Origin: an uncultured Chloroflexia bacterium
GTDB taxonomy: Bacteria; Chloroflexota; Limnocylindria; Limnocylindrales; CSP1-4
DNA length: 64,000 nt
NCBI GenBank assembly: GCA_963834915.1
Contig: CAWIDI010000006.1
Span: 11,272-75,271 of the forward strand
Direction of reading: 5' to 3'
This document shows, piece after piece, positions 26,153 to 35,941 of the stretch; the stretch's first letter is position 1, and each line of letters begins with the position of its first letter. The notes beneath the pieces were generated by a model. It did not search any database. It saw only the letters and a program-made list of their open reading frames with translations, and was not told where the DNA came from. The position numbers and the translations under genes are program-made.

Positions 26153-26822
26153 TCAGCCCGGTCGGTCGCCCTTCGAGCCGCGCCGCGCGGGGATGAGGAA
26201 GAGCGCCAGCACGATGAGCACGATCGCGACCGGGACGATGATCGCGGCATACAGCCCGACGTTCGAGCCGCCGCCGTCGGGCGCGGCCTGCGCCACGGAC
26301 GCATCCGCGCTCGCGCTGGGCTCGACCGACGCCGCGGCGGGCGGGCGAGGTGGCGGCCGACGGCGAGGTGGCGGCCGACGGCGATCCGGACCCCGACGAC
26401 GTGGCCGCGGTCACGATGACCTTCCCGCTCATCTGATGGATCGTGCAGTGGTAGGTGTACGTGCCGACCTTGTCGAAGACGACCCCGTACGTATCGCGAT
26501 AGCCGAGGTCGTGGCTTTCGAAGCTGCCGCCGTCGGACGTGACCGTGTGGAGCAGATTGCTGCTCTGGATCCAGGTCACGGTGTCGCCGACGCTGACGGT
26601 CACCGTGGCGGGCTGGTATGCCGTGTCCATGATCGTGACGGTCTGGTCCTGTGCGACCGCCACCGGCGCGAGGGCCGCGAGCGCGATCGCGAGCGCGCCG
26701 ACCAGGCCGGCGGTCGCCCCAAGGCGGCGCCGTCGCTCGCGGACGCGTCGGACGCCGTCGCCGGCGATTCGCTGGTGGATCACGTCGGGATTGTAGGGGC
26801 CGTCGGCGTCCGGTCTACGCAT
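26153..26822 (-). CDS. Membrane-anchored cupredoxin (plastocyanin/azurin-like) (1 apparent frameshift near 26335)
   Basis: N-terminal anchor ATAGLVGALAIALAALAPVAVA. Type-1 Cu ligand context is LHTVTSDGG...YTYHCTIHQMSGKVIV. After the STP-rich linker, the shifted frame gives a C-terminal TM (LYAAIIVPVAIVLIVLALFLIP) and a stop at 26153. Confidence 0.7.
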
Positions 26823-26971
26823 CAGGCCCGGAATCCGCGGCCCTGGTACTCCGATAGGACGATAGTCCGGTGCCGAGCAGTGGGGTCCGCTGCGAAGAAT
26901 GGTGCTGGAGACCGTTGCGCCGAAGCGACGAATCTCTTGATTGTGGCCGCGGAGTCGGGTCAAATAGTCAC

Positions 26972-27502
26972 ATGCCACAGGAAGTGAACGACCTGGTCCA
27001 CACGGCACTCGCCTCGCCGGCCCTGCTGGCGGCGGCCCTCCTGATCGCCCCAAGCACCGTCTGGGTCATCTATCGGATGACGTTCGGACGGGCCGCTCGC
27101 CAGGTGGCCTCGGTCACCGGCTACCTCTGGGTCTGCCAGGTCTGCCATTCCGCGAATCCCCCGGCCGAGAAGACCTGCTACGGCTGCGGCTCGGCGATCG
27201 ACCGCTTCGACTCGATCAAGCTCGTCGACTCCGTGACCGGCCAGGTGATCGAGTCCGTCCCGGACGAGGCCACCGCGGCGCCGGCTGTTCGCGTCACCAA
27301 GCCGGGCGCGCTCCCCGAGGTCATCGCCGTGGGTCCCGGCCGGACGGCCGAACCGGTGGGCAGCACCGCCGCGAGCTCGGCCGTCGCGCCCGTCGCCGTC
27401 GAGGCTGACGGGGCGGCCACCACCCACGTCCCGCCCGAACGCTCGATGTCCGCGGTGGGTGCCCGGCGGCCGCACGAGATCGAGACCGCCCCTCGCGACT
27501 GA
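26972..27502 (+). CDS. Hypothetical membrane protein with a zinc-ribbon motif
   Basis: MPQEVNDLVHTALASPALLAAALLIAPSTVWVIY (TM), then CQVCHSANPPAEKTCYGCG. The ATG at 26972 is chosen within ORF 26870..27502. Confidence 0.5.
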   Translation: MPQEVNDLVHTALASPALLAAALLIAPSTVWVIYRMTFGRAARQVASVTGYLWVCQVCHSANPPAEKTCYGCGSAIDRFDSIKLVDSVTGQVIESVPDEATAAPAVRVTKPGALPEVIAVGPGRTAEPVGSTAASSAVAPVAVEADGAATTHVPPERSMSAVGARRPHEIETAPRD

Positions 27503-27515
27503 CGCGAGACCCCGA

Positions 27516-28130
27516 CTACAGGTCCGGCATGTCCTCCGGCGCGATGTCGCCGTGCCGCCCGACCTCGGACGCCGCGATCATCTGGGTCCGGTTGACCAGC
27601 ACGAACTTGTAGTGGCTGATGATCCGCCGATCGGCGAGCGAGCGCGTCGTGACCTCGGTGAGGGCGATGAAGCGCGGGTCGTCCGAGTCGACGAAGCCGG
27701 CGAGATCCGTCCCGCCGTAGACGTGCGCCGAACCGGTCACGGTGTGGCCGGGCGTGAAGATCACGAACTGGCGCGGCGTTCGGGTGAGCCCGTCCTCCGC
27801 CTGGAATTCGGCCATGGCGCCCGCACCGGCCATCCCTGACGCTTCCGCCGGCGCGGGCGGGTCATCCTGGGCGATGAACGAGATCTCGTCCTTGTCGATC
27901 ATCAGCTCGGGGAGGGTCAGCGTCGTCGGGTCGCCGTTGCGGCGCAGCAGGCGAGCGTCGTGGACGCGGATGTAGCCGCCCGTGGCGTTGATGAGGTCGG
28001 TCAGTCGCCCGAACCGGCCCAGCTGCAGGATCCCGGTCAGGCGGAGGTGCGTGCCGACGAGTTCGATCGTCTCCGCGCGTCCCTCAGGTTCGTCGCCCGC
28101 GAAGGCGTCGATCGGCATGTTCCAGCTCAT
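27516..28130 (-). CDS. Hypothetical protein with an internal duplication
   Basis: Intact 204 aa. Two ~75-aa halves of similar pattern are separated by an acidic/Ala-rich linker. No family recognised. Confidence 0.55.
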   Translation of the reverse strand: MSWNMPIDAFAGDEPEGRAETIELVGTHLRLTGILQLGRFGRLTDLINATGGYIRVHDARLLRRNGDPTTLTLPELMIDKDEISFIAQDDPPAPAEASGMAGAGAMAEFQAEDGLTRTPRQFVIFTPGHTVTGSAHVYGGTDLAGFVDSDDPRFIALTEVTTRSLADRRIISHYKFVLVNRTQMIAASEVGRHGDIAPEDMPDL

Positions 28131-28231
28131 CGGGACGATTGTATTCGCTCGACGGGCCGCTGACCCCCCGGACGGATGGCTGGTGGCCCGCTGGGACCCT
28201 TCGAGGTCCCAGCGCCGTGCCGATCGCGAAC

Positions 28232-29284
28232 CTAGGTCGTCGGCCCCGAGGGCTTGGGGCTCGCGCCCGGACCGGTCTTGTCGACCCGCTTGCCATGCCC
28301 GCCGATCACGTCGGCGTCGATGGAGCCGTCGGCACGGAGCGCACCGCTGGCTGTGACCTTGTCGCCGACCGCGATGTCGGCCAGGGTCCCGGGGGTCTTG
28401 CCCTTGCCGGCCACGTAGACCTTGGTCGAGCTGTCCACGTGGAGCACGACGGTCTTCCCGGCGCGGGTCTTGATGGTCACGCTGGTCGATGTCTTCGCGG
28501 TGACCTCGCCCCCGACCGCGCTCGGGATGATACGCACGGACGAGGCGGTGAAGGTCTCGCCGCTGACGGTGCCCTGCGCGAAGATCTGCGAACCGACGAC
28601 GATGTCGCCCTTGGTCGCGGCGTCCTTGCCGAAGTGGTAATCGGTCGCGCCGTTCACGGTGATCGTCCGCGTCTTGCCGCCGCGGCCCGCGATGGTCAGC
28701 GTGCTCGAGCCGATCGCCGTGACCTTGCCCTGGGCCGTCGGGACCGGGACGTTGATCGAGACGATCGTGTACGTCCCGTCGGCGTTGCGCTTCTGGCGGA
28801 AGGTGACCTTGTCGGCGACGTTCAGGTCGGCCACGGTGATGGTCTTGCCGCCCTTGGTGATCTTGGTGTCGGCCGTGACGGTGATCGTGCGGGACCAGCC
28901 GTCGGCGGTCTTCAGGCCGATCTTCGAGCCGTCGATGGACGCGATGGTGATGGCGCCGAACCCATGGCCGCCCCGCCCGCCGTCGCCCTTGAAGCCGTTC
29001 GGCTTGGTGGTGTCCGGCTTGGTCGTGGCGCCGGGCGCGGCCGTGCCCGCGGGTGCGGGTGCCGAGGCGGATGCGGAGGGCTCGACGGTCGTCGTCGGCT
29101 CCGCGGTCGCAGAGGGATCCACGGATGCCGAGGCCGTCGCGGTGGCGTTCGGATCGAGCGAGCCCGACGGCTCCGGTGACGCCGCGAAGACGGCGACCGG
29201 GACGAGGATGGCGAAGGCGACGAGGACGGCGAGTCCGACGCGGAATGCGCCCATCCGGCGGATCCGCTGCTTGGCTTCGGTCAC
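28232..29284 (-). CDS. Secreted repetitive protein (DUF5666-like repeats)
   Basis: Signal/anchor FRVGLAVLVAFAILVPVAVFAA, an STP-rich linker, then about 4 repeats of the pattern G.VT.I..S.LTI....G...T.TV...T....G......DI.VGD.V. Confidence 0.65.
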   Translation of the reverse strand: MTEAKQRIRRMGAFRVGLAVLVAFAILVPVAVFAASPEPSGSLDPNATATASASVDPSATAEPTTTVEPSASASAPAPAGTAAPGATTKPDTTKPNGFKGDGGRGGHGFGAITIASIDGSKIGLKTADGWSRTITVTADTKITKGGKTITVADLNVADKVTFRQKRNADGTYTIVSINVPVPTAQGKVTAIGSSTLTIAGRGGKTRTITVNGATDYHFGKDAATKGDIVVGSQIFAQGTVSGETFTASSVRIIPSAVGGEVTAKTSTSVTIKTRAGKTVVLHVDSSTKVYVAGKGKTPGTLADIAVGDKVTASGALRADGSIDADVIGGHGKRVDKTGPGASPKPSGPTT

Positions 29285-29425
29285 GGCTGGTCCTCGCGCT
29301 GGACTGGATGCTACCGATGCGTCGAAACGAACGCTCGCGCGTCCGTCCCGACTCTAGTCCTTCTTGACCCTGCTGGGTGTTTGGATCGTATTCAGATGGT
29401 GCGCGGACGCATCACCAATCCACGG

Positions 29426-31759
29426 TCACGGGACGACGAGGTGGACCGGGTTGTTGTGCATGGTGACCTGCCACGTCGTCAGGTCGGTCGAGAAGTCGCT
29501 GCTGCTGCCACCCATGTTGTAGCGGATCTTCCACCACCCCTTCTCGCCGGAGACCGGGTCGACCGGGGCCGAGTAGTTGTCCGGGATCGCGACCTGGATC
29601 CGGAGCCAGCAGCCGTTGTAGAGACTGTTGCCACCCGTATTGGTCGTGACCGAGGTGGACGTGCCCGACCGGCTGTTGCAGTTCGAGGCGTCGCGGTTCG
29701 AGGTCCCCTGCGAACCCTGGTACTTGAACGACGTGGGGGACCAGCCGCCCGCCTGCGGGGCCAGGATCTGCAGGTTCGCCGACAGGTCGCCGGTGTCGCC
29801 CGGATCCCAGAGGTCGATGAACATGGTCTTGCCCGCGTTCACCGCATCGATCTGGGCGAGATAGAACTCCGAGGAACGGCCACCGGGAAGTCGGACGTAC
29901 GCCTCCATCGCGCCGATGCCGTAGATGCGGGGTTTCGTACCGGTCGCGTTCGCGTAGAACGCATAGGCGTTCACGGCGGTCGAGTCGTTCTGGTCGGTCG
30001 AGGAGTTCGGATCCGTCGAGAACGCATGGATGCGGTACGTCCCGGCAGGCAGCGGCGAGCTGTTGAGCTGTCGCCAGCCGTAATGCCAGCTCTGACCCGA
30101 GCAGTCGCTCTTGTCCGTGTTCCGGTTCAGGACGTCGTAGACCTGGTGGTCCTGGTAGGAGAGCCGGCGATACGTATTGCCGGTGCCGTTGACGAGCGTG
30201 TCGTCGTCGTTGTTGCCCAGCGTCCCGTTGGTGTTGTAGAGGTCGAAGAAGGCGCTGATCGGCTGCTCATTGCTGGGGCCGTAGTCCTCACCGTTGCTGG
30301 AGGTGCCGCTCGACCAGTACTCGCCGAGCCCGCCCTCGGCGGTGGTGTCGCAGAACCCCGGGTCGTAGACGTAGATGTTGGCATTCGACGCGCCGGTAGG
30401 CACCTCGACCGCGTAGTTGTAGAACGAGTCCGGCAGGTAGTTGGCGTCCGGGTCCTGCCCAGGGTCCTTGTCGTTGAGCGTGCCCTTGCGGCGTTCGTAC
30501 TTGGTCATGAACGCGTCGCCCTGGATGTTCGGCGCCCCCTGGCTCTGCATCGCCGCCCAGAAGTTCTGCGGGGGGAGGGTCTGGCCGTCCGGACTGACCA
30601 CCGGCGCGTTCTGCTGGAGGGTCGTCACCGTGGTCGTCGTGGTCGTGGTCATCGAGTACCCGATCTCGATCCGGATCTGATCGACCCGGACCTCGGGATT
30701 GTTGCTGCAGTTCTCGTCGTAGGTCAGGCGGACGCGGAAGTTGGCGTTGTCGAAGTCGTCCCGCGTCCACGTGTGCCCGCCCCACGAGTTGCTCGTGGTC
30801 TGCCCGAGCGTCTCGTCGTTGTTGGAGCTCGTCGGCAGGCCGCCCGTCGCGAGGTCCGACGTCCAGCTGCCGGGCGCACCCCCGTCCCACGACAGGTCGG
30901 CCAGGAGCTGGCCCCGCCGGTTGAAGCCGCTGCACGAGGTCGACAGGCGCGTGTTGTCGAGGTAGACGCGGACGCCGCGGATGGTCATCGTCTGGTTCGC
31001 CGCAGGAGTCGGCAGTCCGCCGCTCCCGAACAGGTTGAAGGTGCCCCACTGCTGCTCGTCGCCACTGCTGCTCGTGCGGGCGTACTCGCTGTCGTCATTG
31101 TCGACGGACGTCGCGACGTTCCGGCCGAAGCCGGTCGGCGTGTAGGACCAATCGCCGGAGATGGCGGGATTGTGGGTGACGAATGTGTTGTTGGTCGTGA
31201 AGTTGCTCGTGTTCGTGTTGGTCTGCGTCGTCTGCTTCGGCTTCACCAGGTAGCCCACGCCGAAGAAGTTCTGCGGGCTGCCAAGCGGCACCGGCTGGAC
31301 ATACTCCGCCTTCGACGCGCGCGAGACGGTGACCGTGGGGATCCCGACGACACGCATGAAGTAGGTCCCGACCTGCGCCGTGATCGACACGTTCAGCCGG
31401 TTGGGGAACGTCTTGTCCTGCAACGGGATGACGGACGTGCCGCCCTGGCCGTTCACATAGCCGTTCTTGGCGGCTTCCTTGTACGCCAGGTCATACGCAT
31501 GACCGGACCCGGCATCCGGATACTTCGGCAGCTGGACCGCGCCGGCGAGCGCGGCGGCATCGGCTGCCCGCTGCACGCGCAGCGCGTTCGCCCAGAACCA
31601 CGAGACGTCGACCACGATGGCCGCGATCATCATCAGCAGGAACATCGCCCCGGCGAAGATGACGAGGACCTGGCCCCGGCTCCTGGGGTCGCGCGTGGTC
31701 GCGCGGGGCGCGACGGTGCGGACCCTGGGCACTGGCTGGCGTTCGTTGGATCGTGGCAT
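29426..31759 (-). CDS. TadG-like (Flp pilus-assembly TadE/G-like N-terminus) large secreted protein
   Basis: Start MPRSNERQ at 31759. RGQVLVIFAGAMFLLMMIAAIVVDVSWFWANALRVQRAADAAALAGA is the typical TadG-like N-terminus. It is followed by a ~650-aa Asn/Thr/Gly-rich region. Confidence 0.75.
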   Translation of the reverse strand: MPRSNERQPVPRVRTVAPRATTRDPRSRGQVLVIFAGAMFLLMMIAAIVVDVSWFWANALRVQRAADAAALAGAVQLPKYPDAGSGHAYDLAYKEAAKNGYVNGQGGTSVIPLQDKTFPNRLNVSITAQVGTYFMRVVGIPTVTVSRASKAEYVQPVPLGSPQNFFGVGYLVKPKQTTQTNTNTSNFTTNNTFVTHNPAISGDWSYTPTGFGRNVATSVDNDDSEYARTSSSGDEQQWGTFNLFGSGGLPTPAANQTMTIRGVRVYLDNTRLSTSCSGFNRRGQLLADLSWDGGAPGSWTSDLATGGLPTSSNNDETLGQTTSNSWGGHTWTRDDFDNANFRVRLTYDENCSNNPEVRVDQIRIEIGYSMTTTTTTTVTTLQQNAPVVSPDGQTLPPQNFWAAMQSQGAPNIQGDAFMTKYERRKGTLNDKDPGQDPDANYLPDSFYNYAVEVPTGASNANIYVYDPGFCDTTAEGGLGEYWSSGTSSNGEDYGPSNEQPISAFFDLYNTNGTLGNNDDDTLVNGTGNTYRRLSYQDHQVYDVLNRNTDKSDCSGQSWHYGWRQLNSSPLPAGTYRIHAFSTDPNSSTDQNDSTAVNAYAFYANATGTKPRIYGIGAMEAYVRLPGGRSSEFYLAQIDAVNAGKTMFIDLWDPGDTGDLSANLQILAPQAGGWSPTSFKYQGSQGTSNRDASNCNSRSGTSTSVTTNTGGNSLYNGCWLRIQVAIPDNYSAPVDPVSGEKGWWKIRYNMGGSSSDFSTDLTTWQVTMHNNPVHLVVP

Positions 31760-31776
31760 CGGGCAGGTGTCCTCGT

Positions 31777-32400
31777 TCAGACCGGATCGGGGTTGAGCGC
31801 CATCACGGTGTGGTCGGACATCGGCAGCGTGGCTGCCCCGACGATCCCCATGAGCGACCCGAGGGGCGTGATGAATCGGTAGGTGTACTTGATGGAGACG
31901 CCGATCGAATCCACCGGGTCGAAGGTGCCCGAGGAAACGTTGTCCCGCGAGTTCCCGCAGGCGTCCCATCCATGCCGCGATTCCGTGAACAGCAGCGGCT
32001 GGCCACCAACGCTCCGGGAGGAGGTCCCGGGCACCCAGACGTTCACGGCCGAAGTCTCGGCACCGGTGGAGGTGGCTTTGAAGATGTGGATCTCCTCGAC
32101 GTCGGCCAGCGAGATCTGCGAGCCGGAGCCCGTCAGGACGCGCTGGACGGCGGCGATGACCTGGTTGTCGACGTTGTCGTCGTCGATCCCGTTGCAGGCG
32201 ATCTGGTCGGTCCCGTTGTTGAGGGCCGCTCCGGTGCGCGCGCCTTCGCGGGTGGCGTACTCGGTCGTCAGGTGATGGGAGAACGCGAACCCGAATTCGA
32301 GGACCCCGAGCAGGATCAACAGGAAGATCGGCACGGACATCGCGTACTCGACGAGGCTCTGGCCCCGCTCATCCCGGCGTGAGCTCACGCGCCGGCTCAC
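31777..32400 (-). CDS. TadE-like pseudopilin
   Basis: RGQSLVEYAMSVPIFLLILLGVLEFGFAFSHHL. Intact 207 aa. Confidence 0.8.
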   Translation of the reverse strand: MSRRVSSRRDERGQSLVEYAMSVPIFLLILLGVLEFGFAFSHHLTTEYATREGARTGAALNNGTDQIACNGIDDDNVDNQVIAAVQRVLTGSGSQISLADVEEIHIFKATSTGAETSAVNVWVPGTSSRSVGGQPLLFTESRHGWDACGNSRDNVSSGTFDPVDSIGVSIKYTYRFITPLGSLMGIVGAATLPMSDHTVMALNPDPV

Positions 32401-33206
32401 AGGATCGGCTCCATGCGCATCGCGTTACCGGTCGTGAACAGGTAACCGTTCCCGCCCATCGGGAGGAGTCCGGGCAGCGGCGTCTTCCAGGTGTACTGGT
32501 AGGTCATCTCGACGCCGATGGTGTCGACGCTCTTCTGGCCAGCGATCTTGCAGCCGTCGAGCTGGTTGCAGCGGAACTTCTCGTCGTACGACATCTGGGT
32601 CCGCTGATACGGGACCTTGCCGGTGCCGTCCGGGCAGACGTACTGGTTGTTCGGGTTCGTCGTCCTGACGAAGATGTTCGCCTGGGGCGGCGATACGTTG
32701 TTGCCGTTCGCCAGGGCCTTGTAGATGCGCACCTGGATGATCGCGCCGCCGTCGTTGGGGGCCTGGGTCCGCGATTCGACGACCCTGAGGATGGAGCAGT
32801 CCGAGCCCGACTCGTTGCCGGATTCCGCGGCGGTCAGGGCCGCGTCGCGGGTCGTGTATTCGGTGGACAGCAGCGCGTTCAGCGCGAACCCGAACTCGAC
32901 GACGCCGAACAGGATCAGCATGAAGAAGGGGAAGACCAAGGCGAACTCGGCCAGCGACTGGCCGTCCTGCCGGCGCCAGAAGCGGCGGCGCCGGCGGGTT
33001 CGCGATGGGGTGGTGGAAGGATCGGCGCGACCCGTGACGGGGTCCGCGCGATCGAGTGCGTCGATGTCAGAACTCCCCTTCGAAGTGTCCGCGGAGGCGG
33101 ACTTTAGTCCTATGGGTCTCGGCTCACAAGTACCGCATACGAACCTTGCCTGAGACCTTACGGATATGGGGCTCCAAACACGGTTGTCGGGGCTCGGACG
33201 CACCAC
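32397..33206 (-). CDS. TadE-like pseudopilin (start uncertain)
   Basis: DGQSLAEFALVFPFFMLILFGVVEFGFALNALL. The only in-frame canonical start is GTG 33206, but the first ~55 codons have non-coding-like codon usage. Confidence 0.7.
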   Translation of the reverse strand: MVRPSPDNRVWSPISVRSQARFVCGTCEPRPIGLKSASADTSKGSSDIDALDRADPVTGRADPSTTPSRTRRRRRFWRRQDGQSLAEFALVFPFFMLILFGVVEFGFALNALLSTEYTTRDAALTAAESGNESGSDCSILRVVESRTQAPNDGGAIIQVRIYKALANGNNVSPPQANIFVRTTNPNNQYVCPDGTGKVPYQRTQMSYDEKFRCNQLDGCKIAGQKSVDTIGVEMTYQYTWKTPLPGLLPMGGNGYLFTTGNAMRMEPIL

Positions 33207-33290
33207 TCGGCGGTGCGGTCCGCGGGCGTCCGGGGACCTCGGTGGCGGACTTGGGTGGTCGCCCGGGATAGGCCGGAAGTCCGGGGTCGT

Positions 33291-34163
33291 TCAGGGCGCC
33301 TTCGGGTCGACGAAACGGCAGCGTTCGATGAGCGGGCAGAGCTCGTGGGCCGGGCGCAGGGCGTGGCAGACGACGCGGCCGTGGTGGATGAGGTTGACGT
33401 GCGCCTCGTACATCTGGTCCGGCTCGAGCATCGCGAGGAAGAGGTCGTGGGCGTCGTCCGCGGAGGTCTTCACCGGGATCAGGCCGACCCGCTTGGCGAC
33501 CCGCTCCACGTGCCGGTCGACCGGCATCAGTGGCGTCCCGAACGAGAAGAGCAGCAGCACCGAGGCGGTCTTCTTGCCGATGCCGTCGATCTGGGTCAGC
33601 CAGGCCCGCGCCTCGAGCCCGGTCATCTCGCCGAGGAACTCGAGGGAGTAGTCGCCGCGCTGCTCGCGGATATGGCGGAGCGTGGCCTGGAGGCGGGGTG
33701 CCTTCTGGTTGGCGAGGCCGCCGGGCCGGATCACGTCGGTGAGCTCCTGGATTGGCGCGAACTCCACGGCCGACCAGTCGGGCGGCGCGCCCGGCGGCAG
33801 CCCGACGCCACCCCACCCGATCCCGGGCCGATGGACCTCGATCGGGAGGCCGGACGGGTATGCCTCGCGGAGCAGCTGGAAGGCGACCTCCGCGTTCGTG
33901 TCGGCGCTGTTCTGGGTGAGGATCGTCAGGATCAGCTCGCTCGTGGGGTCGAGGCGGCGGGACCACGGCTCGCGACCGTAGCGCTCGGCGAGGGCGTCGA
34001 GCACGAACGGGACCAGCCCCGGCCGGAGCCGCGCCAGCCGCTTCGCGTAGGTCGCCGCCGGGTTCGAGAACTTGCGCTTCTTCGGGCGCGGCTTGCGCTT
34101 GGGCTGGAGCTTGGGCTCGGGTGTGGGTCGGCTGGCGGGTCCGGGTGGTGGCGCGGCGGTCAC
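33291..34163 (-). CDS. Endonuclease III-like HhH-GPD DNA glycosylase with an Fe-S cluster loop
   Basis: HhH motif LTQIDGIGKKTASVLLLF, then VDRHVERV and the Cys cluster CHALRPAHELCPLIERC. The N-terminus is Lys/Pro-rich. Confidence 0.8.
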   Translation of the reverse strand: MTAAPPPGPASRPTPEPKLQPKRKPRPKKRKFSNPAATYAKRLARLRPGLVPFVLDALAERYGREPWSRRLDPTSELILTILTQNSADTNAEVAFQLLREAYPSGLPIEVHRPGIGWGGVGLPPGAPPDWSAVEFAPIQELTDVIRPGGLANQKAPRLQATLRHIREQRGDYSLEFLGEMTGLEARAWLTQIDGIGKKTASVLLLFSFGTPLMPVDRHVERVAKRVGLIPVKTSADDAHDLFLAMLEPDQMYEAHVNLIHHGRVVCHALRPAHELCPLIERCRFVDPKAP

Positions 34164-34546
34164 CAGATGGTCTCGACGTCGTAGCGTGTGATCGCGGAGT
34201 CGCCCGTCAGCAGCGGGATCCCTTCCAGCTGGGATTGGGCGATGAGCATGCGATCGAATGGATCCCCATGGATCTTCGGCAGGCTCGCCGCTCGCACCGC
34301 ATGGTGCTCATCGATCGCGAGCGGAGCCCATCGGTCGCGTCGGAGCCGGTCGGCGACGAAGGCATCGAGGTCGCCGGGCAGGTCCAGTCGCCCCTTCGAG
34401 ACCTTGAGCGCCACCTCCCAGACGGAAGCGGCGCTCAGGAGCACATCCGAGCGGCCGTCGCGGATGATCTCGCGGACCCGATCCGAGAGTCGGTGATCAT
34501 CGAGGCCCCACCACAGGAACGCATGCGTATCGAGGAGGACCTTCAC
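34160..34546 (-). CDS. vapC: PIN-domain VapC toxin
   Basis: MKVLLDTHAFLWW...SAASVWEVALK...DPFDRMLIAQS. Intact 128 aa. Confidence 0.88.
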   Translation of the reverse strand: MKVLLDTHAFLWWGLDDHRLSDRVREIIRDGRSDVLLSAASVWEVALKVSKGRLDLPGDLDAFVADRLRRDRWAPLAIDEHHAVRAASLPKIHGDPFDRMLIAQSQLEGIPLLTGDSAITRYDVETIW

Positions 34547-34791
34547 GAATATTCCTCGAACTCCGGCAGGGGATCGTCGAAATCGTCGTGGATCACGATC
34601 AGGCCCTTGTCCAGGCCGGGGACACGGTCGGGAGGACGCTTCTCGGCGGGGGAAAGGATGGCGACTGGTTTTCCCGCGCGCGCGATGACGATCCGCTCAC
34701 CGGCCTCGACACGCTCGAGCAGGCGAGACAGATGCGTCTTCGCCTCGTGGACGTTGAAGATCTCCATGCCGTCCAGAATGGACTTAGTCAC
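34543..34791 (-). CDS. Phd/YefM-family antitoxin
   Basis: FNVHEAKTHLSRLLERVEAGERIVIARAGKPVAIL. Intact 82 aa, with a 4-nt overlap with vapC. Confidence 0.85.
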   Translation of the reverse strand: MTKSILDGMEIFNVHEAKTHLSRLLERVEAGERIVIARAGKPVAILSPAEKRPPDRVPGLDKGLIVIHDDFDDPLPEFEEYS

Positions 34792-35941
34792 CTGACTTAG
34801 TCAACCAAGACCGCCGTGCCAGCCGCTCCCCGCAGCGTTCGACCGGGGCTGCGCCGGCGGCCATGGCGTCTTCGATGCTGACGACCTGCTCTGAGACGGG
34901 GACCGCGGTCGCACCGACGGCTGCCAGGACCGCGATGCCCTCCGGCTCGACGCCGCCGCCGACCGCGATGCACGGCACGCCCGCAGCCTGGGCTCGCGTG
35001 GCGACGCCGAGGGCCGTCTTGCCGAACGCGGTCGAGGCGTCGATGCGGCCCTCGCCGGTGATCACCAGGTCGGCCCGGGCGAGCTTGGCGTCGAAGTCGG
35101 TCGCCTCCATGACGAGGTCGATGCCGGGGCGCAGCGCGAAGGAGTGGAACCGGTCCTGGATCGCCAGCAGCGCGAACCCGACGCCACCGGCGGCGCCGGC
35201 ACCTGGGATGTCGCGGACGCGGCGGCCCACGCGCGTCTCGAGCTCGTCGGCCCAGGCGGCGTTGCGTGCGTCCAGGAACGCGACCTGTTCGGGCGTCGCG
35301 CCCTTCTGCGGGCCGTAGATGGCGGCAGCTCCGTTCGGTCCGAGGAGCGGGTTCGAGACGTCGCAGGCGATCTCGAGGTCCGTGGCGGCGAGCCCGGGCT
35401 GCCCGACGCCGAGGCCGTCGATGAGGCCCCGGCCGCCGTCGGTCGTGGCGCTGCCGCCGAGCCCCAGGGTGATGTGGCCGACGCCCTGGTCGATGGCTGC
35501 CCAGACGAGCTCGCCGGTCCCCACGCTGGTCGCCTCGATCGGGTCGCGCTCCTCCGGACGGACCAGCGAGAGGCCAGAGGCCTGGGCCATCTCGATGTAG
35601 GCCGTCCCGGTGCCGGCGGCGTCCCGCCACAGCCAATGCGCCTCGGTCGGTCGCTCGAGGGGGTCGTGGACGGTCGTCGACCTCCATTCCCAGCCGCCTG
35701 CAGCGTCCACCGCGGCCAGCGTGCCCTCTCCGCCGTCGGCCAGCGGCGACAGGACGATCTCGTCCTGGGGGCGGGCGCGCGCCCAGCCGTCGGCCAGGGC
35801 ACGGGCGACCTCGACCGAGGTCAGCGAGCCCTTGAACGAGTCGGGCGCGATGAGGATCGTGCGGGGGCGGTCGGTGTCGGCCGCGGCGGGCTCGGTGGCG
35901 AGGGCGGGGGCGTCGGGCTCGGTGGCGCCTTGGTCGGTCAC
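34784..35941 (-). CDS. Glycerate kinase
   Basis: ILIAPDSFKGSLTSVEVA, LADGGEGT, and ITGEGRIDASTAFGK. GTG 35941 overlaps the GNAT stop (GTGA). Confidence 0.85.
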   Translation of the reverse strand: MTDQGATEPDAPALATEPAAADTDRPRTILIAPDSFKGSLTSVEVARALADGWARARPQDEIVLSPLADGGEGTLAAVDAAGGWEWRSTTVHDPLERPTEAHWLWRDAAGTGTAYIEMAQASGLSLVRPEERDPIEATSVGTGELVWAAIDQGVGHITLGLGGSATTDGGRGLIDGLGVGQPGLAATDLEIACDVSNPLLGPNGAAAIYGPQKGATPEQVAFLDARNAAWADELETRVGRRVRDIPGAGAAGGVGFALLAIQDRFHSFALRPGIDLVMEATDFDAKLARADLVITGEGRIDASTAFGKTALGVATRAQAAGVPCIAVGGGVEPEGIAVLAAVGATAVPVSEQVVSIEDAMAAGAAPVERCGERLARRSWLTKSGD

